A DNA stretch of 32,000 nt from Candidatus Methylomirabilis oxygeniifera (GTDB taxonomy: Bacteria; Methylomirabilota; Methylomirabilia; Methylomirabilales; Methylomirabilaceae). The position numbers were made by a program, and so were the translations under genes. Positions 16,003 through 25,392 of this stretch are shown here, piece by piece. Positions within the stretch are counted from its first letter, which is position 1; each line of letters opens with the position of its first letter. The notes beneath the pieces are model-generated. The model had not been told where the DNA came from, did no database searches, and saw nothing but the letters and a program-made list of their open reading frames with translations. The stretch is taken from positions 1,890,001 to 1,922,000 of the forward strand of contig FP565575.1 in the NCBI GenBank assembly GCA_000091165.1. The letters are read 5' to 3'.

Positions 16003-18483
16003 CTAGATCAATGCGGATTCCAGAACGATGCCACGATCCAGCATCTCAGTTGCCCGTGAGAGCGTTCGCGTCAGATCGGCGGGCAACTCCGGGCTCTCTT
16101 CGAGTTGCCGACACAGGTCGATCAGCCGGCGGAAGGCCCGGATGAGGTCGCCCTCATGCCCCCCGAAACTCTGTTCCACCAGCGCCAGCCAGTCGTCCTC
16201 GCCGGATACCCACCGATGAGTGGCCGCCAGATAGGTCGTGTGCATCGAAACCGGAAGCTCAACCTGGTAGGATCGCTGGACCTTGTCCACCTCCTGGCTC
16301 AGCTCTTCCAGTGTCTTTACGCGCCGGCGAAGGTGCGCCTGATCGCGGAGGAACAGCTTGGCCGCCGCCTGCTCGGTTGCTCGCGGTTCCTCAACCAGGC
16401 ATGAGAGAAGGCCCGCCAGCTCTTCAGGTACAAGCCCCTGCAGAAGTCCGGAGAAGGCCACCCGAGCCACCAACAGTTCGTTGTCGTGGCGCAGTGACGC
16501 AATCAGGCGGCCTTCCGCACCCAACCGTCCATCATCGACGTAGCCGAAGTACTGGAGAATTCCCACAACCCGCAGGAACTGTTCCCAGTAGGAATTCTGA
16601 AGTTGCTGTTGCGTCTGATGGTGACGCTCCAACATCTGCCCCAGGCGTCGCGACTGTTTGAGTTGTCGTTCCCGGAGCGACCGTTCCGCGCAGCGGTGGC
16701 AAGGCATCTGGGAGAGGGCAAGGGCCATCGCGTCCAGTTTGGACCTGCTCTCCTCGTAGTTACCCCAGAAAAAGGTCGGAGAACCTGCAGATCGTCGACC
16801 CCGGCCCCGGCCACCTCCACGACCAGCCCGCGCCGTCGCCACCCGCAGCGTCCCGATCCGCTGCCGCTCCTGCTCAATCGCAGCGCGCCGCTCACGATAC
16901 TCAATCAGCGTGCTGACCGGGCAACAGGGTGATGTCATGCCCTCGGCGTCGGCCAGTCTACGGATTAACTCCTCTTGTTCCCTCCGGCTGACCTCGATCT
17001 TTCGACGATTCTGGAACTGGCCGAAGCTCTTCTCTATGGTCTTCCGGATCGCCTCGGGCTCGCGTTGCATTTCAATCAGCAACGCCGCGCTGCTGTAGCC
17101 GATCCGGAATCGGCTGTCGATCGGTTCCGGATCGCCTCGTACCAGACGAACGGCGTCTTCGACCCCCTCCGCAGAATCGAGCGCCATGAGGCAGGTCCCT
17201 TCAGGATCGATCCCCCGTCGCCCGGCCCGCCCGGCCATCTGGAACAGCTCTCCGACGGTGAGCCCCCGGAACCCGAGATCGCTTCGCTTGCGAAGTCCAC
17301 CGATCACGACGCTCTTAGCCGGCATATGAATCCCCAGGCTCATCGTTTCGGTCGCAAAGACCACCTGCACCAGTCCCCGCTCAAACAGGAGTTCGGTGAG
17401 CCGCTTCAATGCCGGCAGGACGCCGGCGTGGTGCAGCCCCGCACCTCGACGGAGCCCGCTCAGAATCAGTCGATTCAGATCGCTCTCAAGACTGATGCTC
17501 GGGTAGTCGAGAAGCGTCTGTTGGATCGTCTCCTCAACCTCCTCACCCCTGGCGGGATCCAGGAGCGGCTCGCCGCGCTCCAGGAGACGAGCGAGAGCTC
17601 GCTCGCATCCAGATCGACTGAAGATAAAGTAGATGGCCGGCAGCCAACGGCGCGCCCGCAATGCGGCAATCGCGATACTCTCGTCGAGCGCGCGACGGCG
17701 GAAGGGGCGGTGCCGACCTTCCCTACGTCGTTCCCATCGGCCCGCCTCGCGCCCCTCCGATACGCTTCGGTCAGAAAAGAACGCGTGCAGGATCCGCCGG
17801 ACCGAAGCCGGTTCCGGCGGCCAGAGCTGCCCCTCCCTGTCGCAGAGCAGGTACTGCAGCGGCACCGGCCTGACCGGATGGTGGATAGGCCGGATCGGGC
17901 GATGTGTCTGGCCGATCCACTCGGCAATCTCCCTGATGTTGCTGACAGTGGCCGAAAGAGCAACAAGCTGGACCTCAGGAGGGCAGTTGATGATGATCTC
18001 TTCCCATACGGTCCCCCGCCCGACATTCCCCATGTAGTGGCATTCGTCCAGCACCACATAGCGAAGCCCCTCACATTCCCCCCCGTAAAACTTGTTTCGG
18101 AGGATCTCTGTAGTCATGACGACGAGAGGCGCGCGAGGGTTGACCTTCACGTCGCCGGTGAGAATGCCGACCGTCTCTTCACCCCACTGACGGGTGAAAT
18201 CGGCATATTTCTGGTTGCTCAAGGCCTTCAGAGGGGTCGTGTAGGCGATACGATGCTGATGGGCCAAGGCTCGAAAGATCGCGAATTCAGCGATAAGGGT
18301 CTTGCCGGCGCCGGTCGGCGCGGACACGATCACGGAACTGCCCTCCGCAATCAGACCGATAGCCTCTTCCTGGAACGGGTCGAAGGGGAACGGATACCGG
18401 TCGCGAAACGCGTCGATCAGCGCCTGCGCGTCCCGCGGCATGGACGATGAATCGATCTCGATGGGCCTGTCTCCTTTCGGCAT
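16003..18483 (-). CDS. Ski2/Mtr4-like DEAD/DEAH-box RNA helicase with DSHCT-like C-terminus
   Basis: SAPTGAGKT, DECHYMG, SATVSN, FATETMSLGIHMPAKSVV and QMAGRAGRRG. ORF track start 18579 lies in a repeat; ATG at 18483 is preferred. Confidence 0.88.
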   Translation of the reverse strand: MPKGDRPIEIDSSSMPRDAQALIDAFRDRYPFPFDPFQEEAIGLIAEGSSVIVSAPTGAGKTLIAEFAIFRALAHQHRIAYTTPLKALSNQKYADFTRQWGEETVGILTGDVKVNPRAPLVVMTTEILRNKFYGGECEGLRYVVLDECHYMGNVGRGTVWEEIIINCPPEVQLVALSATVSNIREIAEWIGQTHRPIRPIHHPVRPVPLQYLLCDREGQLWPPEPASVRRILHAFFSDRSVSEGREAGRWERRREGRHRPFRRRALDESIAIAALRARRWLPAIYFIFSRSGCERALARLLERGEPLLDPARGEEVEETIQQTLLDYPSISLESDLNRLILSGLRRGAGLHHAGVLPALKRLTELLFERGLVQVVFATETMSLGIHMPAKSVVIGGLRKRSDLGFRGLTVGELFQMAGRAGRRGIDPEGTCLMALDSAEGVEDAVRLVRGDPEPIDSRFRIGYSSAALLIEMQREPEAIRKTIEKSFGQFQNRRKIEVSRREQEELIRRLADAEGMTSPCCPVSTLIEYRERRAAIEQERQRIGTLRVATARAGRGGGRGRGRRSAGSPTFFWGNYEESRSKLDAMALALSQMPCHRCAERSLRERQLKQSRRLGQMLERHHQTQQQLQNSYWEQFLRVVGILQYFGYVDDGRLGAEGRLIASLRHDNELLVARVAFSGLLQGLVPEELAGLLSCLVEEPRATEQAAAKLFLRDQAHLRRRVKTLEELSQEVDKVQRSYQVELPVSMHTTYLAATHRWVSGEDDWLALVEQSFGGHEGDLIRAFRRLIDLCRQLEESPELPADLTRTLSRATEMLDRGIVLESALI

Positions 18484-18529
18484 CTTTATGAGCAACACCC
18501 CATGCAGTACGAGCCACACCACCGTGCAC

Positions 18530-18655
18530 GAAAACCCCCTCAATCCCCCTTTACAAAAGGGGGAGGCAGGGACGCGCATCGGTAGCCCCCCTTTTTTACG
18601 AAAGGGGGGTCAGGGGGGTTTGTCTGAAACTGATGGCTGAGCGCTGATAGCTGAA
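18530..18655. repeat. Composite G/C-run palindromic repeat with tail GTTTGTCTGAAACTGA...CTGATAGCTGAA
   Basis: AAAACCCCCTCAATCCCCCTTTACAAAAGGGGGAGGCAGGGACGCGCATC...; second copy of the 13607 element. Confidence 0.65.
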
Positions 18656-18913
18656 CGCTCTTCTCTGAGCAACAGTAGCAGATTGCGCCAGGCACTTCAA
18701 CCAGTTCGGCTCTGTCTTGAGTGATCTGCTTGCTCCGGGAGGTTACGTCGTGTAGATTAGTAAGAGGTACTGGAGGGACTTCTGCGATCGACTTCAGGCG
18801 TGTTCGGACGGTGGCTCGAGGTCATTCAGTCGATTGTCAAGCAGCAGCAACAACAGAGGAACGCCACGATCCTCGGTCTCATGGATCGGTAAGACATCAG
18901 AAAGGCTTTCAAC

Positions 18914-19144
18914 ATGCCAGAGGAGCAATCGCGAGCCGAAGAGGCGATCCGGGAGCAGGTACGAGTTGCAGTCGAGGCGATCGAGGGGGCGTTGGAGGGA
19001 ATCGTACGCTTCCTGACGCCGCTGCGACCGACCATGCGGAATGAGCTGATCCAGTTCCTCGGCCCCCACGTGGAACAGGCACGGCACGCTAAGGAATCGC
19101 TCGAAAGGATTCTTCTGGAATTACAGCAGAAGAAGGAGTCGTGA
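18914..19144 (+). CDS. Small hypothetical protein, coiled-coil/phasin-like
   Basis: MPEEQSRAEEAIREQVRVAVEAIEGALEGIVRFLTPLRPTMRNELIQFLGPHVEQARHAKESLERILLELQQKKES. Confidence 0.6.
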   Translation: MPEEQSRAEEAIREQVRVAVEAIEGALEGIVRFLTPLRPTMRNELIQFLGPHVEQARHAKESLERILLELQQKKES

Positions 19145-19147
19145 GGG

Positions 19148-19375
19148 TCAGACCTCCGCGCTCGGCTTATCCCCGGAAGATTCAACTATTCGGACATAAC
19201 CCAGGGTCCGCAGGAATCTCTCCCCCTCAGTCGATTTGAGGAAGCTCAGCAGATAGTCGCTGAAGCTTTTCGCCATATCCGACGAGAGGTACGGCGGATG
19301 GCCCATTGCGCACCAGATCGTAATCTTATGGTACAGGCTCTGCACGTCTCCTATCATAGCGGACTCCTTCTTCAC
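19148..19375 (-). CDS. Small hypothetical protein at the end of the Mla-like operon
   Basis: 75 aa ORF whose start overlaps the mlaC-like stop by 4 nt. Confidence 0.5.
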   Translation of the reverse strand: MKKESAMIGDVQSLYHKITIWCAMGHPPYLSSDMAKSFSDYLLSFLKSTEGERFLRTLGYVRIVESSGDKPSAEV

Positions 19376-20037
19376 CGAACCTTCGACTTTGGAGTACCGA
19401 GCTCAGCCCTCTCCTCACCCTCGACCTTGGCCTGCATCTTCTTCACTAGATCCTGATAAGAGGAGGTACGAATGATCTTGCTGAACTGGGTGCGATAGTT
19501 ATTCACCAGACTGACACCCTCGACGACAATGTCATAGACCGACCATTTGGAGTCGGCCTTTTGCAGACGGTAGGCGATGGGGATTTCCTGATTCCGTTTG
19601 GTCACGATCTTGGTCCGCACCTCGGAATAGTTGCCGTCCGTCGTCTCTTCCAGGTACAGGATCTGCTCGCCCGTATACCCCTCGACCCGATCGACATAGG
19701 CCCGTTCCAACAGATCGGTGAACAGACCGACGAATTCACTGCGCTCATCGGGCGTACGCTCGCTCCAGTACCGGCCCATGGAACGTTTCGACATCTCAGA
19801 GAAGTCAAATCGCTCCAATACGGTCTTGCGGAGTTGGGCTCGACGCTCCTTGGTCTTCCGCTCACCCTTGAGGGCCGGATCGGTCAGGATCTTGAGCACC
19901 TGGTCAACGGTTCCCTTGACCTGATCTGTCGCCGGACCGGCAAGACTCTGTCCCGGCATCCACAACACGGCCACGGCTGCCGCGATGAGCGTGAACGTCT
20001 TCCATCGATACCTGGCATCGGAATACTTCGCGGTCAC
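19372..20037 (-). CDS. mlaC: MlaC/Ttg2D-family phospholipid-binding ABC transporter protein
   Basis: Signal peptide; LKILTDPALKGERKTKERRAQLRKTVLERFDFSEMSKRSMGRYW...FVGLFTDLLERAYVDRVEGYTGEQI...YDIVVEGVSLVNNYRTQFSKIIRTSSYQDLVKKM. Confidence 0.9.
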   Translation of the reverse strand: MTAKYSDARYRWKTFTLIAAAVAVLWMPGQSLAGPATDQVKGTVDQVLKILTDPALKGERKTKERRAQLRKTVLERFDFSEMSKRSMGRYWSERTPDERSEFVGLFTDLLERAYVDRVEGYTGEQILYLEETTDGNYSEVRTKIVTKRNQEIPIAYRLQKADSKWSVYDIVVEGVSLVNNYRTQFSKIIRTSSYQDLVKKMQAKVEGEERAELGTPKSKVR

Positions 20038-21428
20038 TTCGCTTCCTCCTTCACGGCTCGACCTGTGGCATGTTCAATGTTCGCAAGCGAAAGGTTATAA
20101 TTATACATCGCTCTATAGTTGTCGGCCCGCAGTTTGGCGTACGCCTCCGCGGCCTGGCCGAGCTCTTTGGACTCCCCAACCCCGAGGTCGTAGTTCGCCT
20201 TGGCCGCCACCAGCCATTTCTTCGCGTTCCGCCACCCGTCCTCCGTAGCCCTCAGCGTCTCCTTCGCCTCGTCCAGCTCCCGATGGGCCTTCCGCACCTG
20301 TAACGGGATCCCCCGCTCTGCGAACGACTTCATCTCCCCAACCTTCAGGTGCTCCGCCTGAGCCGCCCGGATCTTCCCACGGGTAATTCCAAAGTCGAGG
20401 TCATACTTAAAGCCCAGGACAATCGCAGTGTACCGATCATTCAACGGATCAAAGGCCCAGGGATTCTGCTGGCGAGTACGGTTGCCGGCCTGCGCATACA
20501 CCCCGTTCAGCGCAAGAAAAAACTGCGGATACAGGTTACTCTCCTCTGCTTTGACCAGCGCCTCTGTGGCCTTGAGCCCGGCCCGCACCTGGGTCATTTC
20601 CGGTCGCAGCTCCAACGCCGTCCCCGCCCCTCGATCCACCTGCTCCACGTCCCTTGGCGCCGCCTGCAACCCTATCGCATCCAGTTCGAACGGTTGGGTG
20701 CGATCAAGACCTGCGTAGAACATCAGACCGCCCGTAGCCAGATCATACCCCTTCTGGGCCTCTTCCCGGTTCTTCAACACTTCGCCTCGAAACGCTTTTA
20801 ACTTATACAGATCCACCTCATCAACCCCTGGTGTCTCCGCCTTGAGCTGCCGCTCCGTCTTCTGGATCGCCTTGTCGAGGTCCTTGGCGATCTCATCAAT
20901 CAGCCCAAGCATATCGCTCGCCAGGAGTCGGCCATAGTACAGCTCCTTCACCTTCAGGATCAGGTCGGCAGCCTTCTCCTCTACCTTTGCCTTCTCGACC
21001 TTTATCCCTTCCTCCGCAGCCTTTCCGAAGCCCTCGAGCTTGCCAAAGGTGTAGAGCGGCTGGACCAGTCTCATCTCAACCCGCTCGAAGACGTTGTTCA
21101 CGTGGGGGTCATCTTTTCGATCGGGAGAACCGCCCTGGACGGTTCCACGAGCTCGAGGGGACGGACCCACTATGGCGGTCACCTCAACCTGAGGGTACCG
21201 ACCGGCGTCGGCCTGATCTTTCTTCGCCATCGCCACCTCAGCGCCTCGTTGCGCCTGACGAATCTCAGGGCTCGTGGCCAGCGTGCGCTGGATTAAATCC
21301 TTCAGGGTGTAGCCGGCCTTTGGTGTCGGCGATTGTGCAGACACCGGCCGTACGATAGCCACCGTTGTCATGAGCGCCAGCGGCAGCATAATCCGATACG
21401 CCTGTCTCATTCGGCCTGCATACTTCAT
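20034..21428 (-). CDS. TolC-family outer-membrane efflux/channel protein
   Basis: Signal peptide; LATSPEIRQAQRGAEVA...LVQPLYTFGKLEGFGKAAEEGIKV; repeated coiled-coil halves. Overlaps mlaC by 4 nt. Confidence 0.88.
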   Translation of the reverse strand: MKYAGRMRQAYRIMLPLALMTTVAIVRPVSAQSPTPKAGYTLKDLIQRTLATSPEIRQAQRGAEVAMAKKDQADAGRYPQVEVTAIVGPSPRARGTVQGGSPDRKDDPHVNNVFERVEMRLVQPLYTFGKLEGFGKAAEEGIKVEKAKVEEKAADLILKVKELYYGRLLASDMLGLIDEIAKDLDKAIQKTERQLKAETPGVDEVDLYKLKAFRGEVLKNREEAQKGYDLATGGLMFYAGLDRTQPFELDAIGLQAAPRDVEQVDRGAGTALELRPEMTQVRAGLKATEALVKAEESNLYPQFFLALNGVYAQAGNRTRQQNPWAFDPLNDRYTAIVLGFKYDLDFGITRGKIRAAQAEHLKVGEMKSFAERGIPLQVRKAHRELDEAKETLRATEDGWRNAKKWLVAAKANYDLGVGESKELGQAAEAYAKLRADNYRAMYNYNLSLANIEHATGRAVKEEAK

Positions 21429-21480
21429 GAGCGCCTCCTTCGAGATCAGCGGTTCGACATACGCCTAAGATTGCCTCTTC

Positions 21481-21921
21481 TTAAAGCTTGCCAAAAATAT
21501 AATTTGAGATGAGCTGCTCTATGTCTATAGGATCTTCAGTATCCCGAAGTTTACCGCCAGGCCGAACCAGCGTATCGGAACCTCCTGGCGTAATCCTCAC
21601 ATACTTCTCGCCGATCAGCCCTTTTGTCCGGATCGAGACGATCGCGTCATCCTGAAGTTTGACGTCAGAATCGATGCTCATGACAACAACGGCCCGATAA
21701 CTGTCCAGCCTGATCGTTTTGACCCTACCGATCTCGACTCCGGCGATCTCGACCACCGCCCCATTCTTCAAGCCGGCCACCGAGTCGAACTGGGCTGATA
21801 CAGGATATCCCCGATCGCCGACCACCTCAAGCCTGCCGAGCCTGATCGAGAGCCACGCTAAGCTCACGATTCCCACTACCACGAATAGCCCTACCAGCGT
21901 TTCCATGGTCAGTCGCTTCAT
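21481..21921 (-). CDS. mlaD: MlaD-family outer-membrane lipid asymmetry protein (MCE domain)
   Basis: LVGLFVVVGIVSLAWLSIRLG...YPVSAQFDSVAGLKNGAVVEIAGVEIGRVKTIRLD. Confidence 0.92.
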   Translation of the reverse strand: MKRLTMETLVGLFVVVGIVSLAWLSIRLGRLEVVGDRGYPVSAQFDSVAGLKNGAVVEIAGVEIGRVKTIRLDSYRAVVVMSIDSDVKLQDDAIVSIRTKGLIGEKYVRITPGGSDTLVRPGGKLRDTEDPIDIEQLISNYIFGKL

Positions 21922-21995
21922 TGATCTCGCTCTCCGTCCTGATCTCTTGACAACCCCGCCATCACAGCTTGAACCTCTACAACAGATCGCGTTGC

Positions 21996-22742
21996 CTACT
22001 CCGGACCAGTCTGACCATTGCTGGCCCCGGTGATGAACTGACGGATGATAGGATTGGCGGAGGTCATGATCACCTCCGGACTATCGTGCTCCACAATGAC
22101 CCCATTGTGGAGCATCGCTACCGTCTGAGCAATATCGAAAATCTCCGGGATGTCGTGACTGACCACGACTGCGGTAAAGCCGAAGCGCTTATGGGCATCC
22201 AGAATCAGACGATGGACCGAGTGCAGCAGGATCGGATCGAGGCCCGTCGTCGGCTCATCAAAAAGGATGATTTGCGGATCATGGACTAAGGCTCTTGCCA
22301 GCGCTGCCCGTTTCTTCATCCCTCCGCTCAGTTCTGCGGGGTATTTATGCGGCATATCAGCAAGCCCTACGGCCTCCAGTCGCTGCATCGTGCGCTTGGC
22401 GATCTCCCCTTCCGACAGTCGGGTCTTTTCCCGAAGCGGGAAGGCCACATTGTCGAACACCGTCAGCGAGTCGAACAACGCGCACCCCTGAAACAGCACG
22501 CCGAACTTTTCGCGCACCAGATCCAAGGCCTTGCCGCGAAGCCGTGCGAGGTCGGTCCCATCGACCAGCACCTGACCGCTATCCGGCCGCATAAGGCCGA
22601 TGAGGTGTTTGAGCAGTACGCTTTTGCCGCCTCCGCTCCGTCCAATAATAGCCGTGACCTGCCCTTTGGGAATGGTCAGGTTTACCCCCCTGAGCACCTG
22701 TTGCTGCTCAAAGCTCTTACGCAGATCAATGAGCTGAATCAT
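21996..22742 (-). CDS. mlaF: MlaF-family ABC transporter ATP-binding protein
   Basis: IIGRSGGGKSVLLKHLIGLMRPD, LSGGMKKRAALARALVHDPQIILFDEPTTGLDPI. Confidence 0.94.
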   Translation of the reverse strand: MIQLIDLRKSFEQQQVLRGVNLTIPKGQVTAIIGRSGGGKSVLLKHLIGLMRPDSGQVLVDGTDLARLRGKALDLVREKFGVLFQGCALFDSLTVFDNVAFPLREKTRLSEGEIAKRTMQRLEAVGLADMPHKYPAELSGGMKKRAALARALVHDPQIILFDEPTTGLDPILLHSVHRLILDAHKRFGFTAVVVSHDIPEIFDIAQTVAMLHNGVIVEHDSPEVIMTSANPIIRQFITGASNGQTGPE

Positions 22743-22755
22743 CTTTCAAGCAGGT

Positions 22756-23526
22756 CTAGAAAAGGACGGCGGTCATGAAGTAGTTCCAGACCAGCACCAG
22801 AACCGACGACAGGACGACAGCTTCGGTCGTTGCCTTCCCCACGCCCTCGGCCCCATATCCGGTATAAAACCCCTTGTACGTACAGACCCATGTGACAATG
22901 AGGCCAAAACTCAGCGATTTCAGAAAACCGCCCTGTATATCACTCATCTCCACCATATTCCGCATTTCGGAGAAGTAGGTGCCTGCGCCGACACCAAGCA
23001 TCTTCACTCCAACGAGATAGCCGCCGAAGATCCCCACGACATCGAAGATAGCCGTCAGAAGGGGAACCGAAATGAGTCCGGCGACCACTTTGGGAACGAC
23101 CAGGTGTTTTACGGGATTCACGGCCATCGCCTCCAGCGCGTCGATCTGCTCGGTAATCCGCATGATGCCGATCTCTGCGGCGGAGGCCGATCCAGCCCGT
23201 GCCGCCACCATCAGAGCGGCCATCACCGGTCCCAGCTCCCGGATCAGGCTCAGGCCGACGGCCGGACCGAGAAGCGCCTCGGACCCGAACTTCCGAAGGG
23301 TGTAGTACCCCTGAAGTCCGAGCACCATTCCGCTGAAAGCCGCAGTCAGAAGAATGATAGAACTTGACTTGACCCCGATAAAATAGATCTGGCTGACGAT
23401 ACGCCTGAACTTTAATGGTGGCAGGACCGCCCAGAGACCGGTGGAACCCAGAAAGATGGCCATATGCCCCATCATCCGGACCTGCTTAAGAACCGTGCGT
23501 CCGACCGCCTCCAACGGGTTGCCCAT
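22756..23526 (-). CDS. mlaE: MlaE-family ABC transporter permease
   Basis: GLSLIRELGPVMAALMVAARAGSASAAEIGIMRITEQIDALEAMAVNPVKHLVVPKVVAG. Confidence 0.94.
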   Translation of the reverse strand: MGNPLEAVGRTVLKQVRMMGHMAIFLGSTGLWAVLPPLKFRRIVSQIYFIGVKSSSIILLTAAFSGMVLGLQGYYTLRKFGSEALLGPAVGLSLIRELGPVMAALMVAARAGSASAAEIGIMRITEQIDALEAMAVNPVKHLVVPKVVAGLISVPLLTAIFDVVGIFGGYLVGVKMLGVGAGTYFSEMRNMVEMSDIQGGFLKSLSFGLIVTWVCTYKGFYTGYGAEGVGKATTEAVVLSSVLVLVWNYFMTAVLF

Positions 23527-23921
23527 GCTCTACTCCAAGAGAAACTCTCAGCGCGTCGGCAAAGGAACCGACAGTGTCGTAGAATTGCATACGCTCTCCA
23601 AGTTGTCAATTATTTCCTATCGTTTCCCGGCCTGAATCCTGAGTCGGACTCTGATTCTGACTCTCAATACCCCGGACCCGCTCCACCGGCACATGGAATC
23701 GTCATCCGTGGCACACTGCCTGAAGAAAACTCTTGTACCGGTATGATGGCTGTCCTATCATATTCTTGCTGATTTCTTATGAAAAAAGCGCCGACCACCA
23801 GCACGCAGCCGGTCAGCCAACCAGGAATACCTGAAGGCTGAACGCTGATTGCTTGGTGATTCTGATACCGCGCCATCGGGTCGAACATTGGCGCTCAGGC
23901 GAGGAGGCTGAGTTGAGCACG

Positions 23922-24671
23922 ATGCACATCCCTACCACCTCAATAACTTTCGACTGCCCAAACCGTAGGACGCCTCATTGGCGCCGGCCCGCGCTCGTCG
24001 GTTTCGCAGTGATACTGCTGGGGCTTGTATCGATAACGTCCGAAGCCAACCCCGTTTCTCACCCAGTCAGCATTCCGCTGCCTATCAACGGGACGATAGA
24101 TGAGAAGGGAATTCCGGTCGGCTGGGATCTGGAGGTCTTCGAGGACCATCCCCAGATTAAGCTCGAATCACTCAAGGATGGTCAATTCGGTATCCGTCTC
24201 GTGAGTACAGAAAGCTCCTTTGGGCTGCACAAAACGGTAGAGGTCGACCTGAAAGAGTTTCCGATACTGAGCTGGCGGTGGAAGGTGGATCGCCTTCCCG
24301 TTGCAGGTGATGCCCGCGACAAGAGTAAAAACGACCAGGCCGCTCAGCTTTATGTCATCTTTCCCCACCCGCTGATCAAAATGCGAAGCCCTACGCTCGG
24401 CTACCTCTGGGACAGTAATGCCCCGACAGGAACCATTACGGATGGGTATTCCCCCGTCACCCCGATCAAGGTGATTGTCCTGCGGAGTGGAAAGCAGCAG
24501 TTGGGCAAATGGGTCCAGGAGCGTCGCAATGTTGCCGAAGATTACGTACGGCTTTTCGGCCAGAACTCGCTTCCTAAAGTGGGGCGTGTCGCCATCTGGA
24601 TCAACACCCAGCACACCAAATCAACCGCCCAGGCGTCCTTCACCGATCTTCAGTTCCAACGAGCCAATTAG
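23922..24671 (+). CDS. DUF3047-like secreted protein
   Basis: N-terminal hydrophobic helix followed by LSWRWKVDRLPVAGDARDKSKNDQAAQLYVIF; ORF track start 23853, internal ATG at 23922. Confidence 0.75.
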   Translation: MHIPTTSITFDCPNRRTPHWRRPALVGFAVILLGLVSITSEANPVSHPVSIPLPINGTIDEKGIPVGWDLEVFEDHPQIKLESLKDGQFGIRLVSTESSFGLHKTVEVDLKEFPILSWRWKVDRLPVAGDARDKSKNDQAAQLYVIFPHPLIKMRSPTLGYLWDSNAPTGTITDGYSPVTPIKVIVLRSGKQQLGKWVQERRNVAEDYVRLFGQNSLPKVGRVAIWINTQHTKSTAQASFTDLQFQRAN

Positions 24672-24949
24672 GCAACGACCTGCGCCATACCCCTACGCAC
24701 GTTACCATCTCGACCACTGGAGCTTTCGCTTCCGGTAGGGTCCTCGGCGGACTAAGCGAAGCTGCGAGCGGCCCAATACGCTGCTGCCGCCTAATCGGTG
24801 CGTGAATCCGGTGCCAGGCGCTTGTCACCAACGGTGGCACGTGGTATGCCTCAGTCGCAATCATACGCCGAAGTCAACTGCTGGTTAATGCTCGTAAGCT
24901 GGCTCCCTTAGCGGGTCCGCACTATTGGCGGAGAGGGACGAAGGAACCT

Positions 24950-25159
24950 ATGAAGTTTCTCGTAGTCTTAGAAGTTGGGGAGGATGGCTACATCGTGGCG
25001 GAGTGCCCCGCCTTGCCGGGTTGCGTCTCTCAGGGGCGAACCGAGGAGGAAGCTCTGGCGAACATCCGGGAGGCGATCCAGGGAATTGTGGCAGTTCGAC
25101 AGAAACACGGCCTTCCGATCCCCGAGGAGCGCGTGGTCGAGATCGCGGTCCCGGCCTAG
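24950..25159 (+). CDS. HicB-family antitoxin
   Basis: MKFLVVLEVGEDGYIVAECPALPGCVSQGRTEEEALANIREAIQGIV, a canonical HicB partial RNase H fold. Confidence 0.9.
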   Translation: MKFLVVLEVGEDGYIVAECPALPGCVSQGRTEEEALANIREAIQGIVAVRQKHGLPIPEERVVEIAVPA

Positions 25160-25335
25160 TGGCGAAGCTCCCGGTCATTTCAGGTCGGGAAGCAGGGAAG
25201 GCGTTCGCCAAGCTCAACTTTGTGTACGATCACCACCGAGGCTCTCACATGATCTACTATCACCCATCTGGCCGTCACCTCTCCATCCCGGACCACAACG
25301 AACTAGACAGAGGAACCCTCCGCAAGCTCATTTGA
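25159..25335 (+). CDS. HicA-family toxin with premature in-frame TGA (probable pseudogene)
   Basis: GTG start overlaps the hicB stop. VAKLPVISGREAGKAFAKLNFVYDHHRGSHMIYYHPSGRHLSIPDHNELDRGTLRKLI*; the same frame continues YAGITVEEFLALLQDS* to 25386, the normal HicA C-terminus. Confidence 0.85.
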   Translation: MAKLPVISGREAGKAFAKLNFVYDHHRGSHMIYYHPSGRHLSIPDHNELDRGTLRKLI

Positions 25336-25392
25336 TACGCTGGGATCACGGTGGAAGAATTCCTCGCGCTTCTTCAAGATTCCTAATCCCCT

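Noticed and set aside
16903-18450. Long plus-strand ORF 16975..18450 (491 aa)
   Set aside because: It is antisense to the well-supported helicase gene, lacks recognisable domains and reflects the GC-rich codon bias of the opposite strand.
18484-18579. N-terminal 32 residues of the helicase ORF
   Set aside because: MRVPASPFCKGGLRGFS... is a translation of the G/C-run palindromic repeat; the gene more plausibly starts at 18483.
25336-25338. TGA in hicA as a selenocysteine codon, given tRNA-Sec nearby
   Set aside because: The aligned HicA position normally holds Arg, the change is one base from CGA, no SECIS-like hairpin is evident just downstream, and HicA has no redox role.
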